Positions 1-6,600 of a stretch of 6,600 bases of DNA are shown here, piece after piece. The stretch is from positions 1 to 6,600 of the forward strand of contig JBMGUZ010000100.1 in NCBI GenBank assembly GCA_051530055.1, given 5' to 3'. Within the stretch, counting starts at the first letter, position 1; each line of letters starts with the position of its first letter. The DNA is from Neoechinorhynchus agilis. Its lineage: Eukaryota; Animalia; Acanthocephala. Made by a program: the position numbers and the translations under genes. The notes under the pieces were generated by a model that was not told the DNA's origin, searched no databases, and was given only the letters and a program-made list of their open reading frames with translations.

Positions 1-2
1 CG

Positions 3-428
3 GTTAAAGGCAAAAAACATACAGTTACTTCCCCATCTGACCCGAGGCCTATCTCAATACAAAATTCTCTAGTACCGTTATATGAGAAGGCACTCGCTGA
101 CTACCTCATGGAATTTTGTGTGGAGAAGGACATAATCTCCTCAAACTGTCATGGTTTCTTCGAGGGTAGGTCGGTCATTTCGGCCGTTAGGGATATCTAT
201 TCTGCTCTTTCCCTCAACCCATGCAAATGCCTAGTATCTTCTGATTTCTCAGCGGCCTATGACAATATCAACCTGTAGTTTCTGCTGAGTTATATGTCTT
301 TCCTCAATTTTCTTAACGATATTCTTGCCCGCCTGAGGGATATACTTAGCTCAAAATCCTTTTACTTCGAGGACGACACGGACGGCAAAGTTTTCTTCCC
401 AACAATAATTCTCCCTCTAGCGGCCTAA
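3..428 (+). mobile_element. Degenerate non-LTR retrotransposon (LINE) reverse transcriptase fragment, N-terminal RT subdomains; cut by the window edge on the left and truncated on the right
   Basis: Frame starting at 3 reads VKGKKHTVTSPSDPRPISIQNSLVPLYEKALADYLMEFCVEKDIISSNCHGFFEGRSVISAVRDIYSALSLNPCKCLVSSDFSAAYDNINL*FLLSYMSFLNFLNDILARLRDILSSKSFYFEDDTDGKVFFPTIILPLAA*. It carries LINE RT motifs in the right order and spacing: RPISI (45-59; consensus YRPISL), HGFFEGRS (150-173; QxGFxxGRS) and DFSAAYD (243-263; DxxxAFD). There is an in-frame TAG at 276-278, and the frame ends at TAA 426-428 before any PQG or YADD motif. Not in the ORF track because of the internal stop. Confidence 0.9.
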
Positions 429-573
429 AAGAAACTAGGCAGCAATAAAATGAAGCCGCCAAGTCCTATCTTGTTTTAAAAATAAAGCAACTGATTTTAA
501 ATTTCAAAGAACGATCGCATTTAAGTGTGATTGCGAGATGCAAAAATAATTTTTTTATTGTATTCTTGAAATA

Positions 574-794
574 TTCGACTTTTTACAAATTGGTAATAGA
601 TTGTCTCTTAAATTATTAAAAAAAACTTCATTTTTTGTACAATGTCTTTCTAAGTTTGGATTAAAAAGAGTGACTTTAAATATTCGATCAAAGCAAAATG
701 TTGATGTTTTGGTATCAATATTTGGATAAACACATTATCGTATTTGTAGAAGAAGGAACGTTTTCGCCTTTAACGCCAAATATTTTGTTCCTAA
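574..794 (+). repeat. Dispersed direct repeat, copy A (homologous to 5080-5299)
   Basis: Manual alignment: TAATAGATTGTCTCTTAAAT is identical at 594-613 and 5101-5120. 626-794 versus 5131-5299 has 23 mismatches in 169 nt with no gaps (~86%). Both copies start with TTCGACT (574; 5080). Confidence 0.93.
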
Positions 795-924
795 TTTCAT
801 TTTCGGGATAGCTATCATGGTTCTCGAGTTATTCTCGTTTCAATTTTGAGACGAACATCCTTCATTATTGATATCAAAATATCAATCGATTGCCAATTAA
901 ATTAGCGTTGCCTTGGGCAATGTC

Positions 925-1165
<241 letters not shown>

Positions 1166-1282
1166 TCGTGTTTGCAAGAAACACGGAATTTGACCAGGAT
1201 ATCTCCATAGAGCGGTGGCGCAAAAGCACGACTTATTGTTAAATATCAGTAAACGTTTAAGATTTCAAGACAACGAAAATTC

Positions 1283-1436
1283 ATGCTGGGCAAGGAAGGT
1301 GGGGAAAGCGTAGGTAATGATAGGAAGGATGGCAGAAAGCGTAGGTAATGATAGGAAGGATGGCAGAAAGATAAAAGTGGGCAAGGTGCTTAGGGGATAC
1401 GCCGAGACGCCGGAGGAGTTTGAGAAGGTAAAGGCG
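1283..1436 (-). pseudogene. LINE ORF2 post-RT C-terminal segment, truncated
   Basis: RLYLLKLLRRLGVSPKHLAHFYLSAILPIITYA (RLYLL at 1422-1436). The frame is broken by the 31-bp duplication. Removing one unit gives ...TYAFPTFLAQHE, after which LINE similarity is lost near 1283. Confidence 0.75.
1304..1370. repeat. Perfect 31-bp tandem duplication (2.2 copies)
   Basis: GAAAGCGTAGGTAATGATAGGAAGGATGGCA at 1304-1334 and 1335-1365, followed by GAAAG (1366-1370). No spacer between units. Confidence 0.98.
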
Positions 1437-1900
1437 AGGGTTGCGAAGGGGTGGATTTACCAAGACCACCAAGACCAGTGACATTTTTTATTTCACGCCA
1501 CCAGTTTGGATTGGGAACGGACGAGAGACGAGATGAGAAGAATAATTCGCGAGCTATACGGATGCGTTTTGTCAGTGTGGAGTAGAGGGAGAGGTAAGCA
1601 GGATTACCTGGCTGGAAAGCTTTGGTGACCTGGATTTGAAGGGTTTTTAGAAAAGGCGAGAACCATGGAGGTTCGCGGTTCGAGATTCGCATTGTTTTGC
1701 GAGAAAAGGAGGCCTTCATCGCAGATTCTGTTAGATTTAACAAAGAGCCCGGTGCAAACGAGGGTCGGTGCTAAAGATGGTAGAGCGATTTTGCGTGATA
1801 AGAGAATTGACACATGCAGCAAAGGATTGGGTATGATGAAGACATTTATCCCAGACAACGTAGGGGTCGGAAAAGGAACGTTTTTGAGGTGATGAGGGGG
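1437..1900 (-). pseudogene. LINE ORF2 endonuclease-RT linker region, frameshifted
   Basis: ...STDP then, after a frameshift near 1765, SFAPGSLLNLTESAMKASFSRKTMRISNREPPWFSPFLKTL...AFQPGNPAYLSL...RIRIARELFFSSRL...NWWREIKNVTG. The PW motif and WWxxIK motif are typical of the linker between endonuclease and RT in LINE ORF2. Confidence 0.75.
1459..1476. repeat. 9-bp tandem duplication near the LINE internal deletion junction
   Basis: ACCAAGACC at 1459-1467 and 1468-1476 (GLGGLG in the - strand frame). Confidence 0.8.
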
Positions 1901-2510
1901 AGAGAAGGATGGAACAATGGTCAGACAAAGCGATCGGGGGGAGTTTGGTAGTGCATGAGTATTGCCTGATGTTTGAGAAAATTTTATCAAGGCGAGAGGA
2001 GAAGCGTGTGGGGAAAGTAACGAGTTGGGAGAGATGAGAGAGCGAGTGCGGGATCGGCAGTTTGTTAAAATCGCCCAATATGATGAAGTGATCTGAGGAA
2101 GTGGAAAGTAGGTCAGAAAATAGGTGGTCTATTTGTTGAAGTGTGTTGGGGATATTTGAGGAAGGAGGGCGATCAAGGCTAGCGATAGAGATCTCACGTT
2201 GTCCATTGCGGATGGGGAGATGAAGTTAGATGTGAAGCCATTCAAGATCGTGGCAGATGAGAAGGTAGGGTGAAGAGCAATGGTAAGGGAGAGAGGCGCG
2301 GATGAAGATCGATATGCCTCCCCCGTTCCGGAAGTCCTTCGTGAGATGAAAAGCTTCAAAGTTTGGAAGGAAGGCAGATAATTTGCTATGGGGTGAGAGC
2401 CATGTTTCCGTAATTACAAAGATGTCGGCGTTGCAAGAAGAGGCAACTATATTTAGCTCATACAGTTTGGGGAGGAACCTGCGGATGTTAGAATAAAAGA
2501 TTATTGGAAA
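1900..2510 (-). pseudogene. LINE apurinic/apyrimidinic-like endonuclease (EEP-fold) domain, disrupted
   Basis: One frame reads FPIIFYSNIRRFLPKLYEL...IFVITETWL (TETWL 2397-2411)...GGGISIFIR...CHDLEWLHI*LHLPIRNGQREISIASLDRPPSS...FIILGDFN (LGDFN 2064-2078)...VTFPTR...LDKIFSN...PIALSDHCSILL (SDH 1917-1925). The track ORFs 2226..2780 and 1737..2078 are the same frame, separated by a single TAA at 2226-2228. The usual YRPP motif reads DRPP. Confidence 0.92.
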
Positions 2511-4625
2511 GGTATGTTTAGAAGGGAGATGAGGGATGGACACTGACGGAGAGGGTTGAAGCCGCGCGGAGAGAAGGGATGGGAGTTGACCGATGGGGTA
2601 GTTCGGAGGTAATAGATTCGTGGGTTGACACTGTAGTAAGGGGTGAATGCGGAATGGACTCGGGGGGAAAGAGGGTATTGGGGGTTGAGGAGGTGGTGGA
2701 TGGTAAGCGGTGAGGTAGTGTGAGCGTCCAAGGTATTTTTCGCTTCTGAGGGGAAGCGAATTTGCCAATATGCCCGTCATTTGGGATATCCACGGCGAAG
2801 CTGCTAATAATGCTTATGATTTCATTACTGAATCTGGAAAGAAAAAGATGGACTATAACCTCTTCAGTTAAATGATGATTTCTTCTTAACGGACGAAAAA
2901 GGACATCCCCCTAATCTAAGACTCGATGGATAATAGATCACAAACAACATATTAGAGGTGACTTCATTACTTCTTTAAAACGATTTCGTTTTGAGTAGTA
3001 AAAGTTCCAAAGGATTACGACATTCAGTCTGCTATTTAGGGTAACTCGTAGCGCCCTGGTTAAAAATGTAGCGGAAAGGTAAGAAAAATAAGTGAGGCAG
3101 TTTGTGGATGCATCACCTATTGCTACAATGAAATTGCCTTTAGAAGGAACTACGACATTTCGATTAAAGAAAAAGTGGAGAACGGTGTTTCTCATACATC
3201 CGTGAAATGGCATTATTTGTTCACTAACTCGTTTTGCCAGAATTTGAAATCACGTCTATGAACAATATGATCCGTTGAAATGAACATGATCTTTAATATT
3301 CCTCCGTATAAGCTGATGGACGATACCCGATGAAAGTCATCTTTTAAGGATTTGAGTCACGGCGCTAGATAACGTCAACGTAGCTCTTCTTTGGGTTGCC
3401 CAGGATTCGCTTGAATCGTTATCGTATTGAGCCATCTTTCAGAAGGCACCTCGACGAAATGCTTAGGATATTGATCACTGAGAAAGTTACTCCGGATGCC
3501 AGAAGGTACAGGGATTCTCAATGCCATCCTCCACCGCAACAGCTGGTTGCGCGCACATGAACCATTTATAATAATAACAATTTTATTTGATCATTCGTAC
3601 GAACAGGAAAGTGGCAGATGGCCTCGAAAATGCATCTGCATAGATTATGTTTCAAGGAGTCAATATCTGGCTGCTTGAGGAATAGTGCATTTTTTAGCAG
3701 AACCTTTCCAAAAATAAGACGTTGCTCCGGAGGTTCACAGCGACTAAAAAACGTAAGGCCAGAGATGACCCATGTTTTCCAAATTTGAACGCGTTTTTTG
3801 TCCGTTAGGTTCAGCGTACTTGCTTTCGTGTCTTTATCCCCGTAAATTCAACTTGAGATTAAGAATTTTTAGAAATTTAGAAGGCTGCTTTGCAAACGTT
3901 TTGTTAATTAGCAATATCAAAATGTGTCAGGTCAAATTTGAGTTGTTTCAATGCAACATAGAAAGCGGTTGAAGCGATTTGTATTGATATGCGACAAAAA
4001 TTGAAATAACAAAGCTTTAACAATTGTCCACAACTAACCTTCGCCTCTCCCTGTCGATCATTCTTACTAATGTCTGCGATACCAAATCTTTTGCGACCTC
4101 GTAGAGGATAATATGTTTACCAATCGATGGTGTTATTTCTAAAATTAGTAGGATCCTATTATTAGAATAAGAATGTTTGACAGTATTACTCTGCTATTTG
4201 TAAAATGTTGTTTTGCTTAATGCTATTGGTAATAAAAAGGAAATTAACTAGTCTTTTATTGCGGGAAAGGGAGTGTCAATTTGTTTCATTTTATTTTAAA
4301 ATAACGGGTAAACTCTTTTTTGTTGATCAGCAGACATCCCCTTACCAAAGAAAAAGAAAATTACTCCGGCGAATGATTTTAATCAATATCTCGAAGATAG
4401 ATATTATGTTGGCGTCGAAAGATGGAGAATAGGAAATCTGTGCAAAGCACCCTTATAGATTTCTAGAAAATCTTAGTCTCTAGCTGGATTTATTAGGATA
4501 AAGACACGAAGTAATGGATAATCTCCAATTGACATATGATCTCAAAATGCCTCAGTAGTTTCGCGCCGCCTTGTAAACCGAAAAAGTGAATCTGTAAGGT
4601 TTGGTTCGGATCAAGATTGGGCTCC

Positions 4626-4690
4626 TCTACGTGGGCCTTCGGAATTTTTTTAGTATTTGGGTAAACAATTCTGAAGAAATTCCACGTAGA
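4626..4690 (+). other. Imperfect inverted repeat / stem-loop of unknown function
   Basis: TCTACGTGGG (4626-4635) pairs with TCCACGTAGA (4681-4690). CTTCGGAATT (4637-4646) pairs with AATTCTGAAG (4667-4676). Each helix has one G:U pair if read as + strand RNA. There is a 1x4 internal loop and a 20-nt terminal loop. Confidence 0.5.
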
Positions 4691-5079
4691 TGACGAAACA
4701 TTGAATACAATTATTTTTGTTCATATAAAAAATCACTGAAAGGCTTCTTATATCAACGTTTGATTCAAATTCGACGAAGGAATTTTTTGTTAAGTTTCAA
4801 TAGACCATCGAATTTTTCACTTTTCGCCATATGCCAATAAATTCTAAACCGCTCTTCTAAATTTCACGCATTTTGATGAAGGAAATAAAATGAATTTTTG
4901 GGTGACAAGTATTCTTGAAATTTACAATTTTGATTATTTCTCAAATTTTTAAGACATCCTCATTTTTTTCGAATGCAGCTGGGGTTTCGAAAATTCGGCA
5001 AATTAATCAAAGTCAGTGTAAGAAAATAAATTACTTCAATTTTCTTGCGAAATAAAAACATTATTAAAATAATTTTTAC

Positions 5080-5299
5080 TTCGACTGTTTGGGAATTGGG
5101 TAATAGATTGTCTCTTAAATCGTTAACAAACTTCATTCTTGATACAATGTTTTTCTAAGTTTAGATTGAAAAGAGTGGTTTCAAGTATTCGATAAAAACA
5201 AAATGTTGATGTTTCGGAATAAATATTTGGATGAACACATTATCGTTTTTGTAGGATAAGGAACGTTTTCGCCCTAAACACCAAATATTTTGTTGCTAA
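5080..5299 (+). repeat. Dispersed direct repeat, copy B (homologous to 574-794), overlapping the end of the kinase tail frame and its 3' flank
   Basis: See copy A. The offset between copies is about 4505 bp, and the orientation is the same. Confidence 0.93.
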
Positions 5300-6372
5300 C
5301 AACGTTTCCGAATATTTACCTTTTCCGTTAATGCTCACCCCCACAAAATCATACTGATTCCTTTCTTCGTAGAAAATACGAAAATGATCGCCGCTCGTTA
5401 TCCGGAAACTTGAGCGACGTCTCCATTTTTGTTTGATGCCGACCGTGGGATCAACTCGACTCTCGGGGATAAGTTCAAGCAGGTGACCCAGCATTGCCAA
5501 AAACTTGTTGGTGTTTTGCGGATCTTCTTGAGCCAAAGACACTAACGGTACATGCAACGCACTGTTGTTCGGGAAAGATTCCCCTTTCCAATCTAGATTT
5601 CAGCACCCATCCATCTCCGTTGATTGTCCTATTATGGTATAGCAATGTCCGTACTCCATTATCAAGGACCGCATTCGGGATAACACCTCTTGTTATCGTT
5701 ATTCTAACCAGTGTTTCATAATCGTCACTCCCTGGAAACATTGGCCTCCCAACCGCGAGTTCCCCGATAGTGCAACCAAGGCTCTTCATGTCGATTGATT
5801 TAGCGATGGGTAAACCCACGATCATTTCTGGAGCTCGATAGTACGAAGTTTGGAGGTATCCATAGAGAGACTCTTGGTTTCGTAGTTGTACGGCAAGACC
5901 AAAATCAATGAGTTTGAATTGTTCAGGTTTACCTAGACAATTGGCCATCATAATATTTCCTAGCTTGAGATCTCCATGAAGATCTTTTAGCTTCTCCAAT
6001 GCTTGCAACATTTGGTTATACCAAGGTGTTTGGCGTTGGTCCAAATGTGTTTACCATTTCGTAGTGTTCAAGAATCATGCACTGATGACTGCATTACTTA
6101 AACATTTCGAGGGGCACTGCGATGTTAGCTCGTTCTCCATCGGCCTCTTTCAATGCCTTAAACATCTTGACTTCGCAATCATCCATGTCGAAGTCCCCAA
6201 TGGCGTTCTTTAATATTTTAACTGCAAGGTTGCTTTTTGATCCCTTCTGTTTGCATTTGAGAACTTGGCCGAAACTGCCTTCACCAATTAAATCTCCCAA
6301 GATATAAACTTTATTATCGTGGCCGAGAACTCCCGCTCGCTTGATATTCTCGATCGTAATTTGAACATTCAA
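5240..6372 (-). pseudogene. HIPK-like (DYRK/HIPK group, CMGC) protein kinase pseudogene; kinase domain about 6306-5423
   Basis: All subdomains occur in order on the - strand: YILGDLIGEGSFGQV (GxGxxG 6285-6268), AVKILK (K 6219), CEVKMF, HQCMILE, HGDLKLGN (5978-5955), IDFGLA (DFG 5906-5898), YGYLQTSYYRAPE (APE 5834-5826), IDMKSLGCTIGEL, FPGSDDYETL..I..TRG..P...LDNG.RT..YHNR, and KFLAMLGHLLELIPESRVDP (subdomain XI R 5458-5456). YLQxxYYRAPE and the segment after subdomain IX resemble HIPKs. Lesions: TAA at 6094-6096; frameshift plus deletion at ~6054-6015; ~3-aa deletion before HGD; KPEN changed to KLGN; conserved W changed to K (5784-5786); frameshift at ~5594-5530. The track's 'M' at 6372 is TTG, not a true start. 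No ortholog can be assigned, so no gene symbol is given. Confidence 0.9.
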
Positions 6373-6600
6373 AGAGCTCGCAAGTGGATCCTTAAATTCC
6401 CACGGTCTTCAAACATTGATCTCAGCAGCTTTTATACCCACTTGTTTATTGATGACATTGTTCTGAAAATATTATTGCAGTTCATGCCAGTCCATGTGAT
6501 GTCCTAGTCTTGAGCAGTGTTTTGGCCAATGTTTTGTTTCATAATCATTGACCAGGCAAATAGACGAATGCTTATATTGGCCCACCTTCCATTCGCGATC

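Larger units (their letters stand above)
1283..2725 (-). mobile_element. Degenerate LINE remnant (probably CR1/L2 group): endonuclease, linker and post-RT C-terminal motif, with the RT domain absent
   Basis: Contains APE-type endonuclease motifs, a linker with EPPWFSPFLK and NWWREIKNVTG, and then RLYLLKLLRRLGVSPKHLAHFYLSAILPIITYA, which resembles the post-RT motif RLYxLRxLxRxG...FY...LEYA of CR1/L2-type ORF2 proteins. The + strand is strongly G/A-rich throughout, unlike the flanks. Boundaries are estimated from composition and loss of motif similarity. Clade assignment is inference from motif style. Confidence 0.88.

Noticed and set aside
1304-1365. 31-bp repeat as a CRISPR array
   Set aside because: The units are directly adjacent with no spacers, there are only two copies, there are no cas genes, and the context is a LINE.
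1270-2790. Target-site duplication around the - strand LINE
   Set aside because: I found no convincing direct repeat at the two ends; only short AT-rich coincidences such as CGAA/AATT.
1604-2793. Alternative-frame and antisense ORFs over the LINE (1604..1990, 1665..1892, 2129..2359, 2501..2731, 2518..2793)
   Set aside because: They overlap the motif-bearing frame and have no motifs of their own. The C-rich, stop-poor strand explains their length.
3614-3639. Hairpin GCAGATG-N12-CATCTGC
   Set aside because: A 7-bp stem is expected by chance in 6.6 kb, and it has no supporting context.
3496-4432. Short ORFs 3496..3678, 3772..3972 and 4205..4432 as genes
   Set aside because: They are 60-75 aa, show no recognisable motifs and have compositions typical of translated non-coding AT-rich DNA.
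6002-6054. 53-nt GT-AG intron on the - strand rescuing the kinase frameshift
   Set aside because: Splicing gives ATG-CAT-TGG-AGA-AGC-TAA, which is out of frame. It would also remove the QMLQ helix and would not fix the TAA at 6094-6096.
5494-6507. + strand ORFs 5494..5721, 6122..6307 and 6319..6507
   Set aside because: They are antisense shadows of the kinase frame with no independent motifs.
6430-6580. TATAAAA (- strand, 6430-6436) with CCAAT motifs (6526-6530, 6576-6580) as a kinase promoter
   Set aside because: No in-frame ATG follows the predicted start site, the motif also reads as codons GGT-ATA-AAA in the kinase frame, and such motifs are common in AT-rich DNA.

Overview
Eukaryotic-looking, repeat-rich window with no intact gene that I can support. 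From left to right: (1) a decayed + strand reverse transcriptase (RT) fragment of a non-LTR retrotransposon (LINE), 3-428; (2) one copy of a ~220-bp AT-rich repeat whose second copy (~85% identical, same orientation) lies 4.5 kb away over the 3' end of the kinase locus; (3) a compound microsatellite (AT)16-T-(CT)93-(AT)9; (4) a - strand LINE remnant, ~1283-2725, in which the endonuclease and linker are joined directly to the post-RT C-terminal motif, so the whole RT domain is missing; (5) ~2.3 kb of unassigned sequence, including one imperfect hairpin; (6) a - strand HIPK/DYRK-family protein kinase pseudogene with no introns in the kinase domain, one in-frame stop, two frameshifts and damaged conserved residues, whose frame continues to the window edge with two further stops. 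I see no rRNA, tRNA or CRISPR array and no convincing novel functional system. The main points of interest are the RT-deleted LINE beside an oppositely oriented RT fragment, and the repeat suggesting a former second kinase-flank copy. All translations and alignments were done by hand; no database searches were run.
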